NCBI RefSeq assembly: GCF_011386835.1
Contig: NC_088799.1
Span: forward strand, 100,316,001-100,380,000
Length of the DNA: 64,000 nt
Source: Chrysemys picta bellii
Taxonomy: Eukaryota
Direction: 5' to 3'
Positions 35,080-48,035 of the stretch are shown piece after piece. Under the pieces are notes generated by a model. That model was not told the DNA's origin. It made no database searches and worked only from the letters and a program-made list of their open reading frames with translations. Positions within the stretch are counted from its first letter, which is position 1, and each line of letters opens with the position of its first letter. Position numbers and translations under genes: made by a program.

Positions 35080-37608
35080 ACTACCTTAGAGAGCTTGCAA
35101 TCCTGTCTAGATTGAAATGTCTCAAGTGATACGTCTTCCATCTATTCCCTTAGCCTATTGCTCGGTGGTACAAAGGGGGAGAGCATAGAAGCTGACCTCC
35201 AAGTTCAGTTTGCTGTGGTCTATGGAGTCATGTTATTCATTATTTGTGACTATATGGACAAACTGCTAGGTACTGGTGCAAATATTTAGGAATCCCGCAA
35301 GTCTCATACATTTCAACACCAATCATTATTTGTCCAAAAATTCACACCAGAGCATGTTCTTTGTTATTCTCCTGTTTAAAATGTTTCAGCCATCCAATCA
35401 GGGAGCAGAAACAATATCATGGGACCTCAACACCCAGACAACACAAAAAAGAAATCATCTAAGCAAAGTTTGCGAAAACCCACAATCGGAAATGTTTTTG
35501 TCTGACATATTAGGTGACTACGTACGTATAATTAAGATGTTTGGAGAAAATCGGGCTCAGATCACAAACAATCTACTACCCAGAAAAGGGGCTAAATCCA
35601 TTACACGTATTTATAACAAACAGCTCTGCCGGCTAGCCAGAATTAGCCTTTGAAGATCTGTTCTCGGCAAAATGGCATATCTTGGGCTAGAGGCCTGTGC
35701 ATTTATTTTAGTTTCTTTTTGCTGGATGCCCATCTACATTTATACACAGCTAAAACAAAACAAATTAAGCACACACTGGGCCAAATTTGCCCCAGGCACC
35801 ACTCTCAGTAGATCTCAGCACAGCAGGGATGATTTTTGCCCATTATTTTTAAAATGAATTCAAACAGGAGATTCTGCCTCTACTGCCCACATCACCACCC
35901 TCATTGTAATAATTAAAAGGAAATGGTGCCCCACCCCTCCCTGCTGCATGGAAGTGACCACTATTGGATTCCAGGCACGACCACAAGGAGGGCAGCCCCT
36001 CCACGCTTTGAAAATCCAAGAGCAGGGGGGTTTGAATGACTTGGTCTTGCTGAGCTGGCACACGCTGATGGAAAAAGAACACTGGCAGACATTCATTTTG
36101 ACTGTATTGAGCCTACAGTGGAAATGTACTTTCTTACCACCAATGGGTGTTACACAGTATGAGCCGCTCACTTTGAGGGGAACAAATGCAAGAAAGATGT
36201 AACCAACTTCTCTCTCTTGCCTTTGTTGCAGATAAACAGCGAAAGCTGTTAAACTTTTTATATACCATTTTCTAAAGATTGAATAAGAATGCACCCTAAG
36301 TATAACTTCATTATACTGTCTCAGGCGTGGTGAGGTAAATACACATGCCTACCAGCAGCATTGTCAGAGTCCATTCCAGGGGGGCATACAAAGCATGTAA
36401 CTGTCTCAGATGAAAAGTGTAATGAATTATCCCAAGTAAATACACAGACTGAAGACTGCTCTGTCTGTCTGATATTAGTGCAGACTTTTATTGGGTAACA
36501 GTTCTCAAGTGGTACAGCCTGTTATAAAGATAATTCCCAAGGTGGGTTATACTGCACTGGGTCCTGTGGTCCAATGTGTTAGGTATACGGTTAATAAGGG
36601 TATTGGGGTTATAACGTACTCACCTTCTCCTGCAGAATGGTTACCTTTTTGCAGTTTGCACGTGAGTAAAATATTAGAGTTGGTTAGTGGTGAATGACCT
36701 AACTGAGCATAGTTGGCTTTGAGTCTGAAACCACCATCCCTGCTGAGTGATGGCATCATCTTTCTTGCTAACTGGCACCTTTCCACACCTTCTGTTCTTG
36801 CACTACTGCACACAGGCTAATACTGTTAGAGTGAGATATAGAGAGCCAATGCTCAACAGGATTTATCAACATGCATCTGAGGGTATTTGCTGTGTTTGTA
36901 CTGACACTCACCTGCACTGTTTCTTAAAGGGCTCTCTGATTCAAGAGCAAACATGCATGTTAAAAACCTTAAGTTACACAAACTCAGAAGAACAAGGACT
37001 GTTAAAGCAGAGGATCAAACTACATACTTAATGCACTTAGTTTAGCCTACATATTGTCATTCCATACGTATGTCCATTTTCACTGCTCAGTATATAGTAC
37101 TGCCACAAAACTGGTATAAACCATGATGTTGCTACTTCAAAATAAAACATTTCACACAGAAAAGCATAAAATATCTCTGCATTCATTAGGGAAATACACA
37201 ATGACTAAAAGCACAGGACCAAACTGATCTTTTGCATCATGTCATGATTTGTTTGGCTAGTTTGATACAGCCTGTAGGCAGCAGCTACCTTTAAAAAGTG
37301 ATTCAATCAAGAAACAGACAGACTATGGCAGAACAGGCTTCAAGAGGTGATATGCTGACTTTCTGAAAAGAACTGCCTCACACCGGACAAAATAAGCATT
37401 TTCTCAAGAATCCACCCCCATGCATCTGGACAAACAGAACTTACAACCTTATCGGTAACACCAGCACCTGGCGACTTATAAACCATTACAAAAGGAACAA
37501 AGTCCACAAAATGCTTTGGTAACTTAAATAAATATGTACCCAATCCTAGAAAACCTCATTGTTTCTAAAACTCCCATTGCTGTCCATGGACTGCACTATT
37601 AGCCCAAA

Positions 37609-37712
37609 AGGTAAAATTCCTCCCTGTGCAGAGGGCCAGCACAAACTCAGTGTATCACATAAATGTTCAATTGGCCTCATGCTAACCCTTTACACAGGGG
37701 TGAATTTCAACC
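37609..37712. repeat. About 105-bp element with GGTGAAATTC...GAATTTCACCC-type termini
   Basis: Shares termini and interior with 51427-51531. Confidence 0.55.
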
Positions 37713-37989
37713 AAAGTAAATCAGGCCGTAACCTTTCCCCTCCCCCCGTGACAAATACGGGGATGCCCTTTAATAACTGTTGTGGCTGTTATGGGCCCTG
37801 GCGTTTTCTGTATCATATAAAGAAGTGGATATCTCACCCAGGGAAAGCAGGAGGACACCTTTTCTGATAGTCCCCTTACAATTTACACCTAAGGTTTGTT
37901 AAGAGACAATACCAAAGCAAGTAGTTTTTGGCTCTCACCCCAGGGTAGCCCTGAAGCCAGGTTGAATAAGGCAGTCAGAGCCATATACC

Positions 37990-38162
37990 TATCTCATAAT
38001 GCTGGAAGGACCCTGAAAGGTCATTGAGTTCAGCTCCTGCCTTCTCTAGCAGGACCAAGTACTGATTTTTGCCCCAGATTCCTACGTGGCCCCCCTCAAG
38101 GATTGAACTCACAACCCTGGGTTTAGCAGGCCAATGCTCAAACCACTGAGCTATCCCTCCCT
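37990..38162 (-). mobile_element. Tortoise-type tRNA-derived Pol III SINE with CR1-like tail
   Basis: Reverse complement GGGAGGGATAGCTCAGTGGTTTGAGCATTGGCCTGCTAAACCCAGGGTTGTGAGTTCAATCC (A and B boxes), followed by a CR1-like 3' end. Confidence 0.9.
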
Positions 38163-38399
38163 CCAAAATGCAGGAGCTTCTGGGTTTGTTGGGAGAATGT
38201 AAGTTAGTTTTGTTATTCTAGATAGGACAAGCGGCAGGCGTCACTGCGTTCATCTTTTCTGCAAATATCGAAAGGAAGAGAGGTGCCTCAGGTCAGACCA
38301 CTTCATTTGAATTCATTCATGTGACAGTAGAAACCAGAGCCAAAGCTAATCGATTTTATGATCATTTACAGACCCCCACAGCGAATTCAACATGTATAT

Positions 38400-38619
38400 C
38401 AGGGGTTCTCAAACTGGGAGTCAGGATCCCTCAGGGGGTCGCGAGGTTATTACATAGGGAGTTGCGAGCTGTCAGCCTCCACCCAAACCCCGCTTTGCAT
38501 CCAGCATTTATAATGGGGTTAAATATATTTGTAAAAGTGTTTTTAATGCAGAAGGGGGGTCTCACTCAGAGGCTTGCTATGCGAAAGGAGTCACCAGTAC
38601 AAACGTTTGAGAACTACTG
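38400..38619. mobile_element. hAT (Charlie-like) MITE (220 bp)
   Basis: Termini CAGGGGTTCTCAAAC...GTTTGAGAACTACTG; TSD ATGTATAT/ATGTACAT (7/8). Confidence 0.88.
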
Positions 38620-39433
38620 ATGTACATCAACAAGGCAATAGATGCAAAAGCCCCAAAGCTCTTCTCACTTGCCTCCCTGGGATTTTCACAGGTCAACTCT
38701 GGTCCAAGCCACACAGTCAGGCACACCCTAGACCTGATCTTCGGACTAGATGTTAAGAGAGAGGACATGACAACCCAGCCACTCTTGGACAGACCATCAT
38801 CTCATTAGGGAAATGGTCAGAGACCTTCTATTGCCCAAGCAACAAGACAGACCATTGATCTTGATTCAACTATGATGACTCAGACTCTAACAAATTCAAG
38901 GGACAACAGCACCCTGCATGCAGAACGAGAAGTTGAGGCCCTGGTGAATCATTATCTTTCTACACTAACCTCAACCATTAACACGCTGCACCCCCAAAAC
39001 AGCCTCTTCCTCCCCATCGCCCACACAGGTCTCCTTGACTTTCTGACACCCTGCACCAGATGAAAAGAGAGGGGTGGAAACCTGAGCACTGATGGCAGAA
39101 AACAAAGGCTGATTCAGACAGGATGACGCATACTGAATTCCTCAAAGTGGATGCTGAGGCTATACTATGGGCCAAGAGAACCTTCCTATCAGCCTCCACT
39201 AGGCTGCCAAATCCTGCCCCAAGGAGCTGTCTGGGGGCAAACCACTTCAGCAATCCTGAATGCCTACAGACTGCATCAGAGCTGAGCATCAAGTGCTGCA
39301 AAGAACTAGCATCTGACTGCACTGAAAAGATCACATACCTCTGAGAGGTTTCAGAGTCGCAGCCGTGTTAGTCTGAATGGGCAAAAAGAACAGGAGTCCT
39401 TGTGGCACCTGAGAGACTAACACATTTATTTGA

Positions 39434-39473
39434 GCATAAGCTTTCATGGCCTACAGCCCACTTCATCGGATGC
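39434..39473 (-). ncRNA. Minimal hammerhead ribozyme motif (Penelope-associated)
   Basis: Reverse complement GCAT-CCGATGAA-GTGGGC TGTA GGCCAT-GAAA-GCTT-ATGC; stem II has one G-U pair and one mismatch. Confidence 0.55.
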
Positions 39474-39919
39474 ATAGAATGGAACATATACTAAGGAGAT
39501 ATATATATACATACAGAGAACATGAAAAGGTGGGAGTTGCCCTACGAACTCTAAGAGGCTAATTAATTAAGATGAGCAATTAGCAGCAGGAGAAAAAAAA
39601 AGCTTTTGTAGTGATAATCAGGATGGCCCATTACAGACAGTTTGATAAGAAGGTGTGAGGATACTTAACATGGGGAAAATAGATTTAATGTGTGTAATGC
39701 CTCAGCCATTCCCAGTCTCTATTCAAGCCTAAATTGATGGTATCTAGTTTGCAATGTCTGAAATGGGACATCTTGATTATCACTACAAAAGTTGTTTTTT
39801 CTCCTGCTGATAATAGCTCATCTTAATTAATTAGCCTCTTGGAATTGGTTGGGCAACTCCCACCTTTTCATGTTCTCTGTATGTGTATATATATCTCCTC
39901 ACTATATGTTCCATTCTAT

Positions 39920-39959
39920 GCATCCGATGAAGTGGGTTTTAGCCCACGAAAACTTATGC
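39920..39959 (+). ncRNA. Minimal hammerhead ribozyme motif (Penelope-associated), stem III palindrome broken
   Basis: GCAT-CCGATGAA-GTGGGT TTTA GCCCAC-GAAA-ACTT-ATGC. Confidence 0.5.
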
Positions 39960-41901
39960 TCAAATAAATTTGTTAGTCTCTCAGGTGCCACAAGTACTCC
40001 TGTTCTTTTTACCTCTGAGAAGCTCTCTCCAACAGCCTGGATCCGCTCCACCTGCATCGACCAACCCACAGCCCACCTGCATTCCCAGAGCTCAGAACAT
40101 TCACTCATCAAGAAGTTCCAGACACTCTAAAGGAGACTCAACCCCAGACTTGTGAATCCAGTCTATGCACTTCCTGACTTGTGAAAGAGTTGTGAACAAC
40201 TAGTGCCATTCTTGACCAAAACAGCCAAAGCTTCATTCAGAGAAGGAATTTTCCCTTCCTGCTTCAAACACGCAATAGTCCGAGTAACTCTTAAGAAGTC
40301 CCCTGGATACTTCTGTCCCAGCCCCATGTCAAACCTTCCAATCCTGACCAAGCTCATAGGGAAGCTATTGAAAGGCCAACTACAAGGTCACCTAACTGAA
40401 GCTTGCATTCTAGAGCTAATGCAATCTGGATTCAGGCTAGCACAGAGAACCAAAACTGCTTAAGTGGCACTGATGGATGATCTTCTGACAGAGGGCAGAC
40501 GTCCATTCTCATCCTCATGGACCTTTCTGCTGCATTCAACAATATTGACTATGAGATTCTGTCTCACCAAAAAGAGGTGGACGGTGTCCAGAGTAATGCA
40601 CTAAAATGGTTTGAGTCCTTCCTGGAAGGACACTCCCAACAAACAGTGATGCCCTGCACCTCCACCACTAGACTACATATGGGTGTATATATTTGTTGTT
40701 CAAAACCCCCTTATTGAATGGTTTGTTCCAACTGCTAAATGAAATACTTAGTTTAAAAAAGGCCATTGGTCACTATATCACTGGTCACAGGCTCCCACAG
40801 GGAGGACACGCAGGTGCCTGAACCCCATTTAGATTTGCAGGGTGGTATATGGTTGGTACATAGGGAAGTGACCACAGTGTCTGGTCTAAGTGGAAGAATT
40901 GTAAGAGTCCACCACAGGTCCTTTTCTGAGGAGCTGTACGTGGAAACCAGAAAGGCAATGGGGGAAGTTAGCCCTGTAACCATGCCAGGCACCATCAGAG
41001 TCAGGCTGCCTGGCTAAATTTGGTGGAGAACCTAACATCACATTTATATGTGCAACATTAGAAAGCCTGACACAGAATCAGTAGCTGCTGCCAATACTTC
41101 AGTAAAAATTCAAAATGTGACTCAGGCTATTACTTTAGAGTCCCCTGGAAAAGGGGGTTGAAAAATTCATAAACACAGGATGTTCCAGTAAAGCACAACA
41201 GAACTATAATTCAAGAGTTTTCTATAGGACGACTACTGCGTTGGCGTTGAACTGAGATCAACAAGGAAAACAGATGTTAGTGTGTTCTGAGTTATAATCA
41301 TTGCTTCATGTGTTATCAAATAAAACCCAAGTGAGGGTGTTCTGAAGGATCCTTTAAGATGATAGATACGGATTTGCCACCTGTCTCTGTAGTTTACCTA
41401 ATTGCTGTCATTGGTATGGATTGTTCAGAGTTTATTTGAATAAACTAAACACCCTGCTTTCTCATAGCAGTTCTGAGTGCTATAAAACACCCCGAGATCG
41501 ATTCTGTGAACATGTTTAGGCTACAATCAGTGGGAGCAGTAATTCATCCTAAATGTTAATCAAAAAATAGATTGTTGTCTGGATAAAAGTATTCTCTAAT
41601 TAGCTTTGGGTACTGCATCATACTGCATGGTTCTCAGAAAGTCCCCAGCGCTCAAGGGCCCTTTTCTCTCGTGGTTGTCCACTTTTTTCCTTAAAGACAC
41701 CGTGGAAGATTAACCAGTAAACTAATGTGTTAAATGCCTTATGAAATATGGTTCAGATACTCTATAAGAATTAATCCTGCCACTGATGTATTCTAGAATA
41801 AGTGAGATGCTTGGGCAGAGCTGCCACAAAATCAAAAGGCAGGAAAGGGGAAAAGAGAATGTAAATGAAATGAAAAGAAGACACGGAAGAGAGAGAAGGG
41901 T

Positions 41902-42270
41902 TAAGAACATAAGAATGGCCATACTGGGTCAGACAAAAGGTCCATCCAGCCCAGTATCCTGTCTGCCGACAGTGGCCAATGCCAAGTGCCCCAGAGGGAG
42001 TGAATCTAACGGTAATGATCAAGTGATCTCTCTCCTGCCATCCATCTCCACCCTCTAACAAACAGAGGCTAGGGACACCATTCCTTACCCATCCTGGCTA
42101 ATAGCCATTAATGGACTTAACCTCCATGAATTTATCTAGTTCTCTTTTAAAAGCTGTTATACTCCTAGCCTTCACAACCTCCTCAGGCAAGGAGTTCCAC
42201 AGGTTGACTGTGCGCTGTGTGAAGAAGAACTTCCTTTTATTTGTTTTAAACCTGCTGCCCATTCATTTCA
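41902..42270 (-). mobile_element. CR1 LINE 3' fragment
   Basis: Reverse complement of the CR1 ORF2 end and 3' UTR seen at 5660-6021; tail TAAGAACATAAGAA. Confidence 0.9.
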
Positions 42271-42517
42271 CCTTTATAGAAACAGTGAGTCAAGTTTGCA
42301 TCATGGATAAGTAGAACATTGTGTATAGATTCACACAGAGTAGCAGAAAGCAAACCAACCAAAGCTGGTACTTTCAGGTATGTACTCATAACAAACTCTG
42401 ACTGCAATCACATAAACACCCTGATCACCGATAGGAATCGAACTCCAGACCTTCAACAGCAAAAATCACACTTGAGCTAACAGTGAACAGCTTTCCCCAT
42501 GAATAGCTGCTGGGATC

Positions 42518-42534
42518 TGCCACTAGAGGGAGAC
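42518..42534 (+). promoter_or_regulatory. Candidate CTCF core motif
   Basis: TGCCACTAGAGGGAGAC closely matches the CCACYAGRKGGCR core. Motif match only. Confidence 0.4.
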
Positions 42535-44408
42535 ATGATCACATGTGCTAGGCCTGCATAGTCCAGTTTGTGCAGCTCTTTGGATAGGGAAAGTGCTAAG
42601 TAAATGCTGTTATGATGATTTTGGATCCTGGGCTGCCGCTGTGCAGGAAGAGGTGACAGCAGCACCCTGACTAAACACCCTAAGACTAGCAGAAATTATT
42701 TTTCTAAACCTTGGAATCCCAGTGAACATACCAAACGGTCTTTACCATACAAAAATATAAACAAACAACATTTGAGGCCCCGCTGATGTGGAGTTTCAAG
42801 ACAAAATACTTTATTTTAGTGAGATAATTGTTTCCAGCACATTTTAATGATTTTCCATAAGAAGATGCTCTGTATCTGTGGTTGGCAGCATCTACACAAG
42901 ATAACATAGGCTTCAAGCAGACCCTAACAACCAGCTACACCGCACCCTCTGCAGGGCAGAGTTGCTTTGCAAGTCTATTCACTGACCTCTGTTTCAATCG
43001 CTTAACAACTAGGCCCTGCACCAGGGATTACTGACTCACCCTTATGATGTTTATTATCTTCAAACCTACTTGATACATTTTAAAAGGGGAAACAGATCCT
43101 TAAAACCACACCAGGAAAGAGAATCAACCTAAGCCTTACTATAAACCAGCCAGAAGTGCAACCCTGATCTCAATTGTTAAAGGGCGTGAGCAGTTTCCTG
43201 CTTTCTGTGGAAGCCAGTAATGACCTAGAGTAACCCCACACCTGTAGGATGGGTTTTGGTCTTTCTGACAGTGAGCAAGATCACACATTGTCACAGCAGT
43301 GTTTCATAACCAGCAATATGGATGATTAAAATTACCATGCAAGTCGTCTGATAGCAGGTGCTCCACATAAATTATTGACTGTTTTGGGTGAGCTGTGTTT
43401 TTCAAATACCATGCCCGTGGCCACACACACAGCACCGTTGCTGGTTTGACAGCACTTCCTCAAATGCTCTGCTGTTAGCAACCGACAAGGGCAAACAATA
43501 CGTCTCTCTGGGTTATGTTTATCTACAGTCACAAGTAAAGCAATCCGCACTCAATAAGAGGTCTCTGCCAAGACCATAGACAAAATGACTCTCCCTTGTG
43601 CAAATCGTGATGATGATGAAGATTTTTAATATCGGGATTCTCTAGAGGCCACCACACATCCCCAAAGCCGGCAAGAACGGGTAGTAAGTAATATGCTCTT
43701 GGAAGAAGTTACTGGTGGAAGTAGGAGACAAGTTCTCTTGCTCGTGGGCCAGTTCTCTGGGTAGCAGAAAACCTGTTTTCCTCAGCCCTTAAACTGCTAA
43801 ACTTTCACCAGTTCATATGGTCTTCAAGTTCCTATGATAGTGGATCATTCTCCCTCCTTCCAACAGCAAGAGGAGTTACTGAAATGGAATTTGAAAAAGT
43901 GCCATTAAACAAATGGCAAAGCCAGTTGCACAGGACGGAGAGGCTCACAGGGCCTCCACTTCATTAGGTAAGAGCACAAAAGCCTGGCCATGCCTGCCCT
44001 GTACTCTTGAAACAGGTAACTATGCCCATACCTACAGAGAAGCCTAAAAATGGGAACTTTTTGTTTTTGGGGAGCTCTGGATCCGAGTTTTGCCTATCTC
44101 TGCTAATGACCAAGAGCTGTGTTAGAGCTCATTCTGTGCATTCATTCTCTAGCCAATATAGACAGGCGGAAACACACTGCCTTTTTACTCCAAAGATTCC
44201 TCTCCTTACAAAATGGAGGGTGCTCTCCAGACTATAACTGAACGGCTTCTGTGACAGTAGGCATTGGACACACAGCAGTGCAGTTACACAATCTTTTTCA
44301 TGGGAAGTTCTGAGAGGATGTCTCTTTGCAAAGGACTCTCCTAACCATATTCTGCAGGGAAATACCAGGCACCTTGGTATAGCTCCATTTTCTGCATAAA
44401 CACACCAA

Positions 44409-44480
44409 GGGTGAAATCCTGGCCTTCCTGAAGGCAATTGCAAAACTCCCATTGATTTCCCTGGGGCTAGGATCTCACCC
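44409..44480. repeat. 72-bp palindromic mini-element
   Basis: GGGTGAAATCCTGGCC...GGGGCTAGGATCTCACCC; same family as 34058. Confidence 0.7.
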
Positions 44481-47400
44481 CAGTTATCCACTTAGAATGA
44501 AGGTAGGCATAATCCATTGTTCTTGAAGAAGCAGAATCTATCTTAATCTTCCACAGTACTGCTGGGGACAGTGCACTGAGGAACCACACAGCACCAGCGT
44601 GAATGTCCATAATAAATTGCCTACATTTTATTAAATCAAATCAAAGTTTGCAAAACAGCAGTAACTATCAAAACAGCAGTCTAATCCACACACAAGGCAG
44701 ACAACCTCTACTATCAGCTCTTAACCACCCTTCTGTGCAGTCTAGTCCAGGTTCACCAAACACAGCTGCAGACTAGAACACCAGGTGCAACGCCATGTCC
44801 TTTTGTCCACTTCTCCATGCCCCAGCATTTCTAGCCAATGAAAACAAAGCAGGCACCTGGTGCTCCAATAAAACAACGTGTAATAGAAGCCGATAATTAA
44901 CTCTTTAGCTGCTGGAATAACATATCAGAGAATGCACAAAACCTAGCAAGGGAGATAGATGGAGGATCATCATGGCAAAAATATTTTTTTTAATGAAAAT
45001 GTAGTATTGATAATTGCCAGAATGGAAATACAGGAATAGTCAGAGAATTAACTAAATGCTACTTAAAAGATCTTAAGAGCTACAGTCTATTCTATGCTGA
45101 TTTACTGTGCACTTCCATCACCTTCGGTGAAATTGCTTGGTGTAGCGTTAGCACTGGGGAGTGAATTCTGCCAACAAACAGAAATAAAGGTTGTTATGAC
45201 ACACTAGGGAATAGCTTTCATGTGTTGGTTAAGTGGTGCTCACTTCTACAGTGCTTTAATTTAAGCAGACTGAAGCTAGTGTTGTAAGCATTTGGAAAGG
45301 AATGTACTTTCTCCCAGGGCTAAAGTGGCAGATTTACAAACAGCCATGGGTGTGTGTGTGTGTGTGTTAGTATCCAGTGATCTAATAACCTGATTGATTT
45401 TGGGGAGAAGGTTTGGATTTTTTGCCACGAACCATGAATGAACACAAATGTATGGGAAAGAGTTCAAACTCTAAAGGGACAGGTACGCTTAGAAAGAGAC
45501 GGGTAAAAAAATGTTACTTCGTCGGACTACCTAGATGGCCAAATCTGTGTAGCTAAGCTACTGTATCTTAACAGTTCCAGACAAAGGCTGGCAGCTGTCC
45601 ATAGACTGAATGTCTGATAAGAAAGCCCAGCCAAAGAAGAAATCAGAGTGATTCCTTCTGCTGAATGCCACATCCGAAGCTCCCAGCCCTGAATGCAGTT
45701 TGGCAGCGTTTCCCCCAAAGAAGGTCTGTTTCATGGAGATGCTTACATGAATATTTGCATTGATGCAAATGAAAGGCTTGTCAGCTCTGGCAAGTAAAAT
45801 TGTAGCAGACTGGGTGCTGTTACTGGCAGTCTCTGCAAACGGGGCAAGGCTGTACTGACTACATTCGTATTTTTCTTAACAGACTACATTCTGTAATACA
45901 AATAAAGAAATGATTTTTATAGCTCAAAAATGCCTGTAATGTGACTGAATCATTTCCAGGATTATTTAAAAGAGTGTGCATGCATGTGAGAGAGACAGAA
46001 AGAGAGAATGGAAGTAATAAAATAGTTTGTAATAGTAACCAAATTAAGCTAAGTCCATAGCAGCCAGGTTTAAATCGATTTAGTAGTGTCCACACACAGG
46101 TTTGTACCAGTTTAACTAAGCTGATTTCCAAAAAAATCTTTAGTTCAACCGGTGCCACATTTACGTATAGACAAGGAGAAAGTGAGCATACAGGACACTC
46201 CTGATTTTTCACATGCTTCTCTATTTTCCCAGTGTTTGGGACACTTGAAATGTCCTGGTTTTTCAGTTAATCAATCAAAACTTTTAAACAAAATATATGA
46301 ACAAAATATCTGTGCAGACCCTACTGTGATGGTGGGTGACATTTGCTCGGTGCTTATTAACAAGCAAACAGTGCAGCGGGATTAGTGTTCAATGCAATGA
46401 ACTGTGTCTGGAGTGAAGAGAGATGTCTAATGAGCGCAGGCACTATCAGAGCTGTTCTTTTGTGCAGTGAATTAATCACACTTGTTCGGTGTTCCATGAT
46501 AAACTCAGACAGACACATTGTATACTAGAAACATTATTTATTTATTTTGCGGCAGTGCCTAGAAGTAATGGGGCTCTGTTGTTCTAGGCATTGTATAAAC
46601 ACAGTAAGAGACAGTCTCTACCCTGAAGAATTTTCAATCCAAATAGGGGGAGAAATGAAGTATTATTGTCTCCATTTTACAGATGGAACTGAGGCACAAA
46701 GAGGTGGAGATTTTCAAGAGTGACTGGTGATTTTGTCTGCCTTCATTGTGATGGCCCACTTTGGTGAGAATGGGCACTCAGCACCTTTTGCAAATCAGGT
46801 CTCTTCAAGTCTCTTTGTATTACAAGCTGGGCATCTAAAATCACAAGTCATGTTGAAAATCTTGGTCTAAATGTCTTACCCACAACAATGACAGGGATGA
46901 GAACTGAACTGAGATTGCCTGAATCCCAGGTTGGTAGACTAACCACAAGACCAGCCTTCCTCGGTCACTGAGAAATCTGCACATGCGGCTGTTGACTCAG
47001 AGGCTGACAGTAGTGACCCCAGATCACATTTAGAAGTGTCCTTTTGTTTCTTGCACAATTATTTTGAGGCTTTACAAAAATAAAATAAAAAATAAAAAAA
47101 TTAAGTTGCCTCAAAACAATCCTGTTTTTTTTCTTTTGAAAAGATGGTCACCTTTCCCATTAAAGGGAGTTTTATTATTTGGAAAATAAAACCAAATGTT
47201 TTGGTGAGTTGGAAATCCATCCTCTGGGATCATTTAGACGGATACTTTTCTGAAACGTGCACAGGCGCCAAGGTGTTTGCTTTTGCAAGGCACTGAAGTG
47301 CACTAGACCCTCAGGAAGGCCTTTGGGAATGGATGAGTGACAGAAGGCCACGAAAGCTATTAAGCAAAGCAACTGAAACTTTTGCAGCTGAAAATAAGTG

Positions 47401-47963
47401 TCTTATTACTGGCAGAATGCCCAGGGCTCTTTGTGTAGGCAGGTCTTTACATAGCCCAACACCATGTTGCAATTCTAATGGCCAAAATCAAAGAGGTGCA
47501 CACTCATTTCAACTTACAGCTCCACTATTATAGCAACAGCTACAGTAGATGGGTTTTGCACCTTTAGAGTTCACGTTGTCAAACTTTTTTCTTGACTTAT
47601 GAGGGATGGAAACTTACTTTTTTTTTTTTTTTTTTAATGAGAACTGAGATTCTCATAACCCACCTGACACCAGGAGCTGGGGCTTTAAGAAAGCATCAGC
47701 TATCATGAGACTGGTGATACAATCCATGAAAATAGACAACAATGCTGTTACTTCACATAGCAATTCTCCTGGATGAAATGTGAGAAGGTCTTCAGAGCAG
47801 TGGCTAGCAAGGAGAGTTGTTGCACACAAATTTTCCTAACTAGGGGCTCCAGCCTACTGAATGTGCTGGCCCTGACCCATGCTATTATAACATAAGCAAG
47901 CATACTATGCTTCTAGTAGATGAAAACCGTACAGCCAGGAAATAATGCCAGGATACGTATCCA

Positions 47964-48035
47964 GGGTGAGATCCTATCCCCACTGAAGTGAATTGGACTT
48001 TGAATACTGACTTCAACAGGGATAGAATTTCACCC
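47964..48035. repeat. 72-bp palindromic mini-element
   Basis: GGGTGAGATCCTATCCC...GGGATAGAATTTCACCC; same family as 34058. Confidence 0.7.

Larger units (their letters stand above)
39347..40010. mobile_element. Penelope-like terminal-repeat insertion with inverted (fold-back) arms
   Basis: Arms 39383-39639 and 39755-40010 are reverse complements; 10-bp TSD ACCTCTGAGA at 39337-39346 and 40011-40020. Confidence 0.9.
38630..40680 (+). mobile_element. L2-clade LINE ORF2 remnant (endonuclease end to RT), interrupted by a Penelope insertion
   Basis: GFSQVNSGPSHTVRHTLDLIFG; FPSCFKHAIV...SNLPILTKL...QSGFR...KTA; MDLSAAFNNIDYEIL; ALKWFESFLEG. Confidence 0.82.

Noticed and set aside
35276-35653. 125-aa ORF with an internal AG...GT-bounded open segment
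   Set aside because: No recognisable domain, non-ATG start and a weak donor (GTGACT); treated as chance.
38095-38162. tRNA gene
   Set aside because: The tRNA-like A/B boxes run directly into a CR1-like tail and recur at 56652, so this is a SINE head rather than a tRNA.
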